Shown one piece after another: positions 13,625-23,178 of a stretch of 64,000 nucleotides of DNA; within the stretch, counting starts at the first letter, position 1; every line of letters begins with the position of its first letter. Under the pieces are notes generated by a model. It was not told where the DNA came from. It made no database searches and was given only the letters and a program-made list of their open reading frames with translations. Origin of the DNA: Chloroflexota bacterium (GTDB lineage: Bacteria; Chloroflexota; Anaerolineae; UBA1429). The stretch covers positions 13,252 through 77,251 of the forward strand of contig JAIOAW010000006.1 of NCBI GenBank assembly GCA_019873625.1, in the 5' to 3' direction. Made by a program: the position numbers and the translations under genes.

Positions 13625-13653
13625 CCTATTTATGGTGTAAAGAGTGCGTAAAA

Positions 13654-14325
13654 ATGATCCCTATAGCCGATGCCAACCCACGCCGCCGTGTGCCGGCCGT
13701 TACGATCTTGCTCATCTTGGCGAACGTGGCCATCTTTCTTTACCAGGTAACCCTTTCGCCCACACGGCTGAACGCGCTCTTGGCCAATCTGGCTGTTATC
13801 CCCCTGCGCATCACGCAGTTCTGGGGGCCAAAAACAGCGCGGACCCTGCTTACGGCGATGTTTCTGCACGGCAGTTGGCTGCATCTCCTCAGCAATATGC
13901 TGTACCTTTGGGTTTTTGGAGACAACGTCGAGGATATCCTCTCTCCTTTCTTCTACCTTCTCTTTTACTTGGCGTCGGGCGTGGTGGGGTCTTTGGCACA
14001 GGTGGCCGTTTCGGCCTCTTCGTCGGTGCCCGTCATCGGCGCCAGCGGGGCCGTGGCGGGGATTCTGGGGGCCTATATCGTCCTCTTTCCGCGCCATCGG
14101 GTGCGCACGTTGGTCATTCTTTTCTATTTCTTGCGCGTTATGGATGTACCGGCTGCGATCGTCTTGGGGATGTGGTTCTTTTTGCAACTTTTCAACGGCT
14201 TGGCGGCTATCGCAAGGGTTTCCTCCGGGGGCGTGGCTTGGTTCGCCCATCTGGGAGGGTTCGCTTTGGGGATTTTGGTGGGCCTTCTGGCGCGCCCGCG
14301 GAGGCGGCCCGCTATGTATGGGTGA
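13654..14325 (+). CDS. Rhomboid-family intramembrane serine protease
   Basis: Motifs FLHGSWLHLLSNMLYLWVFG, GASGAVAGILGAY (GxSG catalytic Ser), FAHLGGF (catalytic His); 6 TM segments. Confidence 0.85.
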   Translation: MIPIADANPRRRVPAVTILLILANVAIFLYQVTLSPTRLNALLANLAVIPLRITQFWGPKTARTLLTAMFLHGSWLHLLSNMLYLWVFGDNVEDILSPFFYLLFYLASGVVGSLAQVAVSASSSVPVIGASGAVAGILGAYIVLFPRHRVRTLVILFYFLRVMDVPAAIVLGMWFFLQLFNGLAAIARVSSGGVAWFAHLGGFALGILVGLLARPRRRPAMYG

Positions 14326-14372
14326 GGCCAAAAGGCGATTCATCTAGGGCACGATGAAAGGGCAGGCGAGCG

Positions 14373-17087
14373 ATGGGCTTTAGAAGGATTGGGCGAAGAT
14401 TAGGAATCGGCCTTTTTGTAGGGATGCTTTTGATGATGATCTGCTTCCCGGTGGGGGCGGCCGCGCTGCAGGCGCCGTCGATCCGCTTTGCCGACGTCGG
14501 CACGGATGCGCAGCGAAGCGGCGTTTGGGCCATCGTCGAAAATGCGGGGCCAGCCCTTCTGCCCCAAGGCCTTGGGTGGCGGCTGTGGAGGATATTGCCC
14601 CAAGGCCAAAACCTTGCCTCCGAGGGGTCTTTGCCGGCCCTCGTGCCAGGGGAGACGAGCCGCCTGGAGGTGACGGGCCTGGCGCCCAGCATATACCGCT
14701 TTTACTTGATGCCGAAGGAAGAGTTCCTGCCGGAGGGGCTTTGGTCTGAGGAGATAATCCTTTCGCCAACCGTTACGCCAACGGCAGCCGCCGAGCCGAC
14801 GGCTACCGCGACGGTAACGCCTACGGCGGCTGCACCTACGCCAACGGTCGCAGAGGCGACTCCTTACCCGGTAGCCCTTTCGCCCGCGGTTACGCCCACG
14901 CCGCGTCTCCTCGCCCTGCCGCTTATCCTTCAGCCGGCGATGGGGGCCTCTCCCACGCCGACCCCCTTGCCGACGGTAGCCCCTATGGTGCCCACGCCCT
15001 CGCGCATCCTTCCGCCGCTGGCCTTCCTCGCGCCGGTGGAGCGAGAGGCTCTCAGCGAGAACGCTATACTGACGCTGGGCGACCTCTCGGGCGGCAAGGC
15101 GCTCACCTTGCAGGGGTATGTGCCTTCGGCTGCGGTGTATTACCTCTTGGAAGAGGGCGGGAGCGCCTCCGCCGGGCGGCTCACCATCCGTTTTCGCCAT
15201 TCGGCCACCCTTCGGCCCGATTCGACGCTGACCGTCAAGGTGAACCGCATCCCTGTGGCGAGCGTGCGCCTCACCCCAGAGAACGCCGAGGGCGGTGAGA
15301 TTGCCGTCGAAATCCCCCCTGCGGCCTTGACGGGCGATACGATTGAAATCGCCTTCGCCGGATTTTTGGGCACGACGGACGATATTTGCGCCCTTTTGGA
15401 TGATGAATCGGCCTGGGTAACCATCTTGCCCGATTCGGAATTCGCCTTCACGGTGAACCGTCCGCCCTTCCAGTCGAACTTGGGCCGGCTGCCTTACCCC
15501 TTTGTGCGCGAGCGCACGCCGCAGGAGCAGGCCGTGCTCGTGGTCTTGGCGGATGATCTCGACGCCGCCGATTGGGCCGCGGCCTTGCCCTTGGCCGGTT
15601 ACCTGGGCCGCGCCTCGGCCTGGAGAGACCTGCCCATCTATGCCGTGCGCGAGGGAGAGTTCAACGCGCGCCTCGCGGTGCAGTATGACCTCATCTTTGT
15701 GGGGCGAAGCGCCTCGTTGGGCCTTCTGAACCGCACGGGGGTCGCGCTCCCCTTAGGGCGCGCGGCCGATGGGGCTATCCTTGGGCCAGATGGAACCCCC
15801 CTTGCCCCGGATACGGGCGTCATTATGGAGGCCGCCTCGCCGTGGGATGCCCACCGTGGCTTGCTCGTCATCACGGGCGGTACGGCGGAGGCCCTGCGCC
15901 GGGCGGTGCACGCTCTGATTCAGCCGGCCTTCCCCAGCGAGGCCCGTGGTGAATACGCCCTCATCTTGCAGGGGGCGGCCGAGGAACCGACCGTCATCGC
16001 CTCGGGCCGGCTGACCCATACGCTGGAGAGCCTGGGGTATGATGACCTTGTGATGCAGGGGGTGGGCCGGCAAACGCGCGATGTAACCCTGATGCTCCCC
16101 TCGACGCTCAAGGTAGAATCGGCTCGGGTGAAGGTGCGCTTTAGCCATTCGCCCTTCTTGTGGCGAGGGGTTTCGTACCTCAACGTGTATGTGAACGATG
16201 TCCCCGTCAAGGGCGTTTACCTCGATGAACGCAACGAAGATCGCGGCGAGGTGACGTTCGATATCCGGGGCGATCAGTTCGTGCCGGGCCGGAACGTCCT
16301 CCGCTTCCTCTTTGACCTGCGCCTGCAAGATTGGGATTGCCGAGATACCGAGTGGGCGCGCGCCTGGGGCACCATCCACCGCGATACACTGCTCACGTTG
16401 GACCTCGCGCCGGGCGATGGCGCGTGGGATTTGGCCGGCTTCCCAGGGCCGTATACGGGCGGGGCCTTGTGGGTCTTGCCGGATCGGCCGTCTCCTGAGA
16501 CGATGGCCGGGACTTTTCTCCTCGTGGCGCAGTTAGGCCGCGAACTGGGCGAGGACGTCTTGCGCCACACGTTCGGTGTGGCCAGCCACGTGCCGCGCGC
16601 CGAACTCGAAAAGCAGAGTATCATCGCCGTGGGCCTGCCGGCCGATAACCCCATCGTCGCGGAGGTGGCAGCGCAGTTGCCCTTCCCGTTGGGGGGCGAC
16701 TCTTCCGGGGGCATCCAGGGTGCCAAACCGGTGGGCGCCGTGGAGCAGATCGCCTCGCCGTGGAATGCCCGCTACCGGCTGCTCGTCATCAGCGGGGTTG
16801 ATGACGAATTGGTGGGGCGTGCGGCCTATCTCCTGGCCGATGCTCGCCAGCGACCGCGCCTGCGCGGCGAGGCCGCGCTCGTGGATGCCGATGGCGTCGT
16901 AACGACCATCGCCCGCCAAACGCGGCCAACGCCCGTCCCCGGCCGGGCCGTCGGCACGCGCGCCACGCCTAATTGGGTGACGATCGCCGCCCTGGGGGCC
17001 TTGGCTGTGCTCGTGATCGTCATCGGCGTGGCCGTGGTGCGCCGGTTGGCCCAACGCGGCGCAGGGCGCAAGGGGCCAGCGGCCTAA
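14373..17087 (+). CDS. Large periplasmic protein with signal peptide, Pro/Thr/Ala linker, two internal repeats and a C-terminal TM anchor; BcsB-like partner of the downstream GT2 synthase
   Basis: N-terminal signal/TM (GIGLFVGMLLMMICFPVGAAA), PT-rich low-complexity 14780..14990, duplicated ~100-aa segments (…LLVITGGTAEALRRAVHAL… / …LLVISGVDDELVGRAAYLL…), C-terminal TM LGALAVLVIVIGVAVV; function inferred from architecture and synteny only. Confidence 0.45.
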   Translation: MGFRRIGRRLGIGLFVGMLLMMICFPVGAAALQAPSIRFADVGTDAQRSGVWAIVENAGPALLPQGLGWRLWRILPQGQNLASEGSLPALVPGETSRLEVTGLAPSIYRFYLMPKEEFLPEGLWSEEIILSPTVTPTAAAEPTATATVTPTAAAPTPTVAEATPYPVALSPAVTPTPRLLALPLILQPAMGASPTPTPLPTVAPMVPTPSRILPPLAFLAPVEREALSENAILTLGDLSGGKALTLQGYVPSAAVYYLLEEGGSASAGRLTIRFRHSATLRPDSTLTVKVNRIPVASVRLTPENAEGGEIAVEIPPAALTGDTIEIAFAGFLGTTDDICALLDDESAWVTILPDSEFAFTVNRPPFQSNLGRLPYPFVRERTPQEQAVLVVLADDLDAADWAAALPLAGYLGRASAWRDLPIYAVREGEFNARLAVQYDLIFVGRSASLGLLNRTGVALPLGRAADGAILGPDGTPLAPDTGVIMEAASPWDAHRGLLVITGGTAEALRRAVHALIQPAFPSEARGEYALILQGAAEEPTVIASGRLTHTLESLGYDDLVMQGVGRQTRDVTLMLPSTLKVESARVKVRFSHSPFLWRGVSYLNVYVNDVPVKGVYLDERNEDRGEVTFDIRGDQFVPGRNVLRFLFDLRLQDWDCRDTEWARAWGTIHRDTLLTLDLAPGDGAWDLAGFPGPYTGGALWVLPDRPSPETMAGTFLLVAQLGRELGEDVLRHTFGVASHVPRAELEKQSIIAVGLPADNPIVAEVAAQLPFPLGGDSSGGIQGAKPVGAVEQIASPWNARYRLLVISGVDDELVGRAAYLLADARQRPRLRGEAALVDADGVVTTIARQTRPTPVPGRAVGTRATPNWVTIAALGALAVLVIVIGVAVVRRLAQRGAGRKGPAA

Positions 17088-17120
17088 TGGCGGAGGTCGG
17101 GCCTGAAAGACGAGGGAGAT

Positions 17121-19046
17121 ATGGCTGAGGAGGTCTCTTTCTCGGCGGCAGAGCGCACCAAGCCTCGTCCACGCTTTGGCGAGATCTTGCTTGCGGAGGG
17201 GTTGATTACCGAGGCGCAACTGCAAGAGGCGCTCGCCATCCAAGCGCGCACGGGGGCGCGGTTCGGCGCGGTGCTCGTGAGCCTGGGGCACATCAACAAA
17301 CTGGCCGTTGCCCAGGTACTGGCCAGGCAACTGGGGTTGCCCTTTCGGAATCTACTCCTCAACCCGCCCGAGGCGGAGGCCGTGCGCCTCATCCCGGAGG
17401 CTTTGGCGCGCGCGGCAGGCGCGGTGCCCACGGCCGTGGAGGCCGATGGCTCGGTGACGGTGGGGTTTGTGGACCCGCTCGATGAGGCCGCCCAGCGCAA
17501 GGTGGCGGAGGCTTTAAGGCGCCCCATCCGTCGAGAGGTGATCAGCGAGTACGACCTGCAATGGATCCTCGATCGGGTTTACCGCGAGGAGTACATCCAG
17601 CGGAGCGTGATGGAACTCTACTATCGGCGCCCCGATGAATCCGCCTACGTCACGTTCACCACGCCCCAGTTGGTCATCCTCTTGGCGTTGGGCCTTGCCG
17701 TGCTCGTCGGGGCCATCCTCAGGCCAACTTGGACGTTGGTTATCGTCAACATCCTCATCACGGCCATCTATTTCATCATCACCTCCTATCGGGCCTATCT
17801 GATGTATAAAGGCCTGCGCCTCAAGCCGCAGGAGGCCCTTTACCCCACCGAGCCGGTCGAGATTCCCGACCGGGACCTGCCTACCTACACCATCCTCGTG
17901 CCGCTCTTTCGGGAGCGCGAGGTTTTGCCCACCCTCCTCCAGGCCATCGCCAATTTGGATTACCCGCCCACCAAACTCGATGTGAAACTCCTCTTTGAGG
18001 AATCGGACCCCGAGACGCTCGCCGCTGCGAAGGCTTTGCGCCCGCCGGGGTACTTTCAGTTCGTGGTGGTGCCGAACGTCCCCCCGCAGACCAAGCCCAA
18101 GGCCTGCAACTATGGCCTCATCAGCGCGGTGGGGCAATATTGCGTCATTTATGATGCCGAGGATATCCCCGAGCGCGACCAACTGCGCAAGGCGGTGGCC
18201 GCCTTCCGCCAGGTGGACCCGGATGTGGTCTGCCTGCAAGCGCGGCTGAATTTCTATAACCGCGACCAGAATATCCTCACCCGTTGGTTCACGTCGGAAT
18301 ATTCGATGTGGTTCGACGTCTTTTTGCCGGGGCTGAACGCCACCCGGGCGCCCATCCCCTTGGGGGGCACCTCGAACCACTTTATCACCGAGCGCCTGCG
18401 CGAGTTGGGCGCGTGGGACCCCTTTAACGTGACCGAGGATGCGGACTTGGGCGTGCGCTTGCACCGCGCGGGCTACCGCACGGCTATGCTCGGCTCCACC
18501 ACCTATGAGCAGGCCGCCTCCACGACGTATGAGGAGGCCAACTCCCAACTGCGGAATTGGGTTCGCCAACGCTCGCGGTGGGTCAAGGGGTATATGCAGA
18601 CCTGGCTCGTGCATATGCGCTACCCCTGGCGCCTACTCAAAGACGTGGGGGTCAAGAATTTCTTGAGTTTTCACGTCACCGTGGGGGGCACCCCGTTCAC
18701 CCTGCTCGTGAACCCGTGGTATTGGCTCGTGTTCCTCCTCTGGATCCTCACGCGCTGGGACGTGATCTATGTCGCCTTCCCAGGGGTGCTTTATTACCTC
18801 TCGCTCATCTCGCTCGTCGTGGGGAATGCCTATTTCGTCTATTTCAATGCCGTGGCCGCCTATGCGCGGGGGTATCACAACCTCGTCTTATATGCCTTCC
18901 TTTCGCCGTTTTATTGGGTGTTGATGAGCATTGGGGCCTGGAAAGGCCTGTACCAGTTGCTTGTCAAACCCTACTATTGGGAAAAGACCATCCACGGCCT
19001 GGCCAAGACGGATGACCTCCCCCCTACAGCCCGGGTGCGGAGGTAG
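17121..19046 (+). CDS. Processive family-2 glycosyltransferase (cellulose-synthase-like) with N-terminal MshEN (T2SSE_N) c-di-GMP-binding domain
   Basis: N-terminus RFGEILLAEGLITEAQLQEALAIQ matches the 24-residue MshEN motif RLGxxLLxxGLLxxxxLxxxLxxQ; GT2 motifs DAED (DxD), TEDADLG (TED), QRSRW (QxxRW); N- and C-terminal TM helices. Confidence 0.85.
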   Translation: MAEEVSFSAAERTKPRPRFGEILLAEGLITEAQLQEALAIQARTGARFGAVLVSLGHINKLAVAQVLARQLGLPFRNLLLNPPEAEAVRLIPEALARAAGAVPTAVEADGSVTVGFVDPLDEAAQRKVAEALRRPIRREVISEYDLQWILDRVYREEYIQRSVMELYYRRPDESAYVTFTTPQLVILLALGLAVLVGAILRPTWTLVIVNILITAIYFIITSYRAYLMYKGLRLKPQEALYPTEPVEIPDRDLPTYTILVPLFREREVLPTLLQAIANLDYPPTKLDVKLLFEESDPETLAAAKALRPPGYFQFVVVPNVPPQTKPKACNYGLISAVGQYCVIYDAEDIPERDQLRKAVAAFRQVDPDVVCLQARLNFYNRDQNILTRWFTSEYSMWFDVFLPGLNATRAPIPLGGTSNHFITERLRELGAWDPFNVTEDADLGVRLHRAGYRTAMLGSTTYEQAASTTYEEANSQLRNWVRQRSRWVKGYMQTWLVHMRYPWRLLKDVGVKNFLSFHVTVGGTPFTLLVNPWYWLVFLLWILTRWDVIYVAFPGVLYYLSLISLVVGNAYFVYFNAVAAYARGYHNLVLYAFLSPFYWVLMSIGAWKGLYQLLVKPYYWEKTIHGLAKTDDLPPTARVRR

Positions 19047-19052
19047 CGTGAG

Positions 19053-20651
19053 ATGACTCGTCGGCATTGGGATTGGGAAGCCACCGTCGTTTACGGCGTT
19101 TGTCTCGCGCTCAACCTGATGGGGGTGTGGTATGTGGTCTTTCACATCCGCCTCTTTCAGATTGACGCGATAGCCCGCACCCTGAACGCCTGGATGGTCT
19201 TTTTCAGTACCGAACCGAAACTCTCGAATATGGGGTTCGTCTGGCTGCCTCTGCCCACGCTTTTGCAATTGCCCCTCATCCTCATCCCCCCTCTGCGAAC
19301 CTATGGTTTGGCGGGGAATGTGTTGACGGCCCTTGTGGGCGCGGGTGCGGCCACCATCCTTTACGCCCTGATGCGCCATTATGGCTTCCCCCGCTGGCAA
19401 AGGATCCTTTGGCTTGGGGTTTGGGTGCTGAACCCGATGGTCTGGCTCTATTCGGCCAACGCGATGAGCGAGATCATCGCCATCTTTTGCCTCTTATTGG
19501 GTTGGTACCATTGGGATCGTTGGGTGAGCACCGAAGACACCTTCAACCTGGTGGGGATGAGCCTGGCTATGGCGATGTGGTTCCTCACCCGCTACGAGAG
19601 CCTGCTTTTTGCGGGGGCGCTGCTCGTGCTCATCGCCCTGCACCTATGGCGCAAGGGGGCGCCGTGGGGGCAAGTTTGGTCTTCGGCGCTCCTGTATGGG
19701 GTGCCCGTGGCGGGCACGGTCGCCCTCTGGCTCGTGGTGAACTGGGCCATTATGGGCCACCCGCTCTATTTCGCCATGGGGTCATATAGCCCCGGCACCG
19801 AGGCGCCTCTCCTCGTGGCCGGGGACCCCGCGCTTGTGCCCCTGCGTTCCAATGTGCTCGCCGTAATTCGGACCATTATGGTGCGCTCGTGGAAACTTTA
19901 TCCCGGCGCGGGTTTGGGGGCGGCCTTTCTCATCATCGTGGCCGTCTGGCGGCGGTCTTGGGCGTTGGCGGGCTATCTCCTCTTCCCCTTGGCCTTTTTG
20001 GCGAGCGCCGTGTACAACGATCTGTTTGGCTTCCCCTTGCTCTCGCTGCGCTATTTCATCTTGGTCATCCCCCTAGGGGCGCTTTTGTGGGTGGAGGGCG
20101 TGCGCGGCCTCAAACCTCGGAATACCTGGGCGGCGCTTTTAGGGGCGGCCGTTTTGGCGGGGTCCATCCCTTTCACGGCGCAGGCTATGCTGGAATCTCA
20201 AAAGGGGATTGAGGAAAACTATGCCATAAATGCCCTCTTGGGCAGGCCCGTGCCCGACTTGTGGGCGAACGACCGTTTGATGGCCCGATATATCCTCGAA
20301 CACGCCGGCTACCGCGAGGTGCTCGCCGACCCACGTGAGGGGTCGAACGTCATCTTTTTCGCCGGCCGGCTGGATCGCTTCGTCCTCCCTGCCGATAGCG
20401 ATTTCAAGCGCATCCTCCAGGCCCCATATGGCCAGGTGCGCTACATCCTCGCCATCGAAAAAAACCCCGAACTCCTGCTCGACCAGATCGCCGAGACCTA
20501 CCCCGAACTATCCTATCAGGATGACGTCGGCTGGGCTAGGCTCGTCTTACGGGCCTATCCCTTCCGCCTGTATGAGGTCTTGGGCGACCCTTACCGCCTG
20601 CCGGAGACCCCGCCCAGCCAACTGCTCAAGCCTTCGGCGCCTGGGGGGTGA
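19053..20651 (+). CDS. Polytopic membrane protein (GT-C-like/DUF2079-like), third gene of the synthase operon
   Basis: ~10 predicted TM helices followed by a ~170-aa soluble C-terminal domain; GGAGG upstream of the ATG, 7 nt after the GT2 stop. Confidence 0.5.
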   Translation: MTRRHWDWEATVVYGVCLALNLMGVWYVVFHIRLFQIDAIARTLNAWMVFFSTEPKLSNMGFVWLPLPTLLQLPLILIPPLRTYGLAGNVLTALVGAGAATILYALMRHYGFPRWQRILWLGVWVLNPMVWLYSANAMSEIIAIFCLLLGWYHWDRWVSTEDTFNLVGMSLAMAMWFLTRYESLLFAGALLVLIALHLWRKGAPWGQVWSSALLYGVPVAGTVALWLVVNWAIMGHPLYFAMGSYSPGTEAPLLVAGDPALVPLRSNVLAVIRTIMVRSWKLYPGAGLGAAFLIIVAVWRRSWALAGYLLFPLAFLASAVYNDLFGFPLLSLRYFILVIPLGALLWVEGVRGLKPRNTWAALLGAAVLAGSIPFTAQAMLESQKGIEENYAINALLGRPVPDLWANDRLMARYILEHAGYREVLADPREGSNVIFFAGRLDRFVLPADSDFKRILQAPYGQVRYILAIEKNPELLLDQIAETYPELSYQDDVGWARLVLRAYPFRLYEVLGDPYRLPETPPSQLLKPSAPGG

Positions 20652-21416
20652 GGGCAGGCTCTTGGGCGGGGCTGTAAAAAGGCGTCTCTAAGCCATGCCG
20701 CTCGAGGAGGGCGGCATCCTGCAAGAGGTGGGAGGTGGGGCCATCGGCCACCAGGCGCCCGCCGTCGAGGATGAGGGTGCGGGGGCACAATTCCCACACC
20801 AGGCGCATATCGTGCGTAGCCACGAGCATCGTCCGCGGCAGGCCCCTAAGGAGCGCGATGAGTTCCCGCCGAGCGCGGGGGTCAAGGCCGGCCGTCGGTT
20901 CATCCAAGGCCAAAATGGGCGGTTCCATAGCGAGGATTGTCGCGAGGGCCGCCCGTTTGCGTTCGCCCAAACTCAAATGGTGCGGCATCCGCGCCTCAAA
21001 TCCTTCCAACCCTACGAAAGCCAGGGCCTCGTACACCCGGCGCGCGACCTCCTCGGCGTTCAGGCCCGCGTATAAAGGGCCGTAGGCCACATCGTCGAAC
21101 ACGGTGAGCGAAAAGAGTTGATCATCCGGGTTTTGGAAGAGGAGGCCCACCTGGGCGCGGATGGCGCGCAGCGTAGCCCGCGAAACCTCTTGCCCCGCGA
21201 TGAGGATGCGGCCTCTCCTCCCCTCGGTGAGGATGCCATTCAGCAAAAGGAGGAGGGTGGATTTCCCCGCGCCGTTCGGCCCCACGAGGGCGACTTTTTC
21301 CCCCGCCTCGACGGTAAAATGGATGCCCTCCAGGGCCTGGCGGCCATCGGGGTAGGCAAAGGATAGGTTTTCGACCACGATATAGGGTTGAGCCAAGGGG
21401 TGCTCCTCTAAAAAAG
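20626..21416 (-). CDS. cbiO: ECF-type Ni/Co transporter ATPase (CbiO/EcfA)
   Basis: GPNGAGKSTLLLLL (Walker A), LSLGERKRAALA (signature), ILALDEPTAGLD (Walker B); start set at TTG 21416, preceded by GAGGAG. Confidence 0.8.
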
Positions 21417-22190
21417 GATTCGCAGCGCAGCGGCCAGCGAGAGCATAGCGCCCCACAGGAGGGCGGCTTGGGTATCGGCTTTGCTCCAAGTGAAGCGGCC
21501 CAGCGCGCGCAGCCGGCCATCATAGCCGCGAGCGGTCATCGCCGCATAGATACGTTCGGCGCGCTCCAGGCTGCGCACCCACAGCGAGCCAACCATCCCG
21601 CCGAGGACGCGCGCCCGCCAGAGGATATTTCTCCCTGGCCCGACGGAACGCGCCTCGCGCGCGGCCTGCAAGCGCAGGGCCTCCTCTCCCAGAACAAAGA
21701 GGTAGCGGAGCATCAGGCCGATGGTGGAAGAGAGGAGGGTCGGCATCCCCAAGGCGTCCAGCGCCTGCTGGAGGGCCGGCAGAGGGGTCGAGGCCACCAG
21801 GAGGACGCTCATCCAAATGGAAAGCCACCCTTTGGCGAGGATCGTCCCCAGCGCCTCCAGCCCCTCGCGCGTAACCTGGAGGGTGATCGGCCCCCAGTGC
21901 GCGGCCCAAAGGGTGTGCCCGGCCCGCACAAAGGGCACCGAAAGGGCGGCCAGGGCGATGAAGGGCATCGCCGGGGCAACCCTCGCCCAAAGGAGGCGAA
22001 AGGGCAAGCGGGCTGCGCCGTGCACGGCGCCCGCTACCAGGGCCAATAAGCCAAGGGACTTCCAGGCGGGCGCGGGCAGCGCCGCGGTGAGCGCGATAAA
22101 GGCGACGGTGCCGATCACTTTGAGGCGAGGGTCAAGCCGGTGAAGCGGGCTTGACCCTCGCACATACGGCTCGCGGATGGCGAACGTCAT
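21408..22190 (-). CDS. cbiQ: ECF transporter T component (CbiQ)
   Basis: MTFAIREPYVRGSSPLHRLDPRLKVIG... typical CbiQ N-terminus, 5 TM segments; start overlaps the cbiN-like stop. Confidence 0.8.
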   Translation of the reverse strand: MTFAIREPYVRGSSPLHRLDPRLKVIGTVAFIALTAALPAPAWKSLGLLALVAGAVHGAARLPFRLLWARVAPAMPFIALAALSVPFVRAGHTLWAAHWGPITLQVTREGLEALGTILAKGWLSIWMSVLLVASTPLPALQQALDALGMPTLLSSTIGLMLRYLFVLGEEALRLQAAREARSVGPGRNILWRARVLGGMVGSLWVRSLERAERIYAAMTARGYDGRLRALGRFTWSKADTQAALLWGAMLSLAAALRILF

Positions 22191-22492
22191 ACGCGTTTCT
22201 GAGCGCCCTCCCGGCGCCGCAAGGCCGCCGCCAGCCCCCAGGTGATGCCAAAGACGAGGAGCGTGCCCACGATTCCGGCGAGGATGGTGGCCGCGGCTTC
22301 GTTGGAGATGCCGGGGAAGACGTAATCGGCAATGAGATGATAAGGGGCATCCAGAGCGCGTTGGATAAAGCCCTGATCCTCCGCCACGCGCTCTAGGCCG
22401 TCAGGATGGGGCGAGGCCAAGGGCGAAAGGAGGGCGACGATCAGCGCAAGGCATAACCCAGCGATCCATATGCGGCGCGAAGGGGCCTTCAT
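22187..22492 (-). CDS. PDGLE-domain small membrane protein (CbiN-like component)
   Basis: MKAPSRRIWIAGLCLALIVALLSPLASPHPDGLERVAEDQGF... contains a literal PDGLE motif and two TM helices; ATGA start/stop overlap with cbiM. Confidence 0.6.
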   Translation of the reverse strand: MKAPSRRIWIAGLCLALIVALLSPLASPHPDGLERVAEDQGFIQRALDAPYHLIADYVFPGISNEAAATILAGIVGTLLVFGITWGLAAALRRREGAQKRV

Positions 22493-23148
22493 AGAGCACC
22501 TCCCACATCGGATGTGCGCCGGCGCAGGAGCAAATCTGGCCGGACGGCGCGCACCAGGGCCAACGTGGCCAGGGTGATGATCCCCTCGCCGATGCCGATG
22601 AGGGCATGCACGCCCCCCATCGCGGGCAGCACCACCCGCCACGGCGAGGCGCCCGATAGGGCGAGTTCCACAGAGGCCATCAACGAGGCGACGAACACCG
22701 AGGTCCACGCGGCGAGGAAGGCGGCCAACGCTTGGCCCCACGTCTTTTGCCCCCACAGGCGCGCCAAAGCCCGATAGACGGCCCAAGCCACGAGGACGCC
22801 CACGACAGCCATATTCCAGATGTTCGCGCCCAGGGCGAGCAAACCCCCATCCTGAAAGACGAGCGCTTGCACCGCCAAGACGCTCGTCAGGGCGAGCATC
22901 GCCGCCCATGGGCCGAGAAGGATGGCGGCCAACGCCCCGCCGAGCAAATGCCCCGATGTGCCGCCGGCCACGGTAAAGTTCATCATCTGCGCGGCAAAGA
23001 TGAAGGCAGCCGTCACGCCCATCAAGGGCACCTGGCGCTCATCCAGTTCGCGCCGCAGGCGATGAACCCCGTATCCTACGCTGCCGCTGGAGGCGACCCA
23101 CGTGGCGGCAAGGGTCGCCGGGTTGAGAAACCCATCCGGAATGTGCAT
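22489..23148 (-). CDS. cbiM: ECF transporter substrate-specific component CbiM/NikM
   Basis: MHIPDGFLNPATLAATWV... canonical CbiM N-terminus (N-terminal Met-His metal ligand), 6 TM segments. Confidence 0.85.
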   Translation of the reverse strand: MHIPDGFLNPATLAATWVASSGSVGYGVHRLRRELDERQVPLMGVTAAFIFAAQMMNFTVAGGTSGHLLGGALAAILLGPWAAMLALTSVLAVQALVFQDGGLLALGANIWNMAVVGVLVAWAVYRALARLWGQKTWGQALAAFLAAWTSVFVASLMASVELALSGASPWRVVLPAMGGVHALIGIGEGIITLATLALVRAVRPDLLLRRRTSDVGGAL

Positions 23149-23178
23149 AGAGGCCTCCTTTTCTTTGTTTTCGCGGTC

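Noticed and set aside
22187-22909. Full 240-aa minus-strand ORF overlapping cbiM in another frame
   Set aside because: Only its last 101 codons (from the ATG at 22492) form a plausible PDGLE-domain membrane protein; the upstream portion is an Arg/Gly-rich out-of-frame overlap of cbiM.
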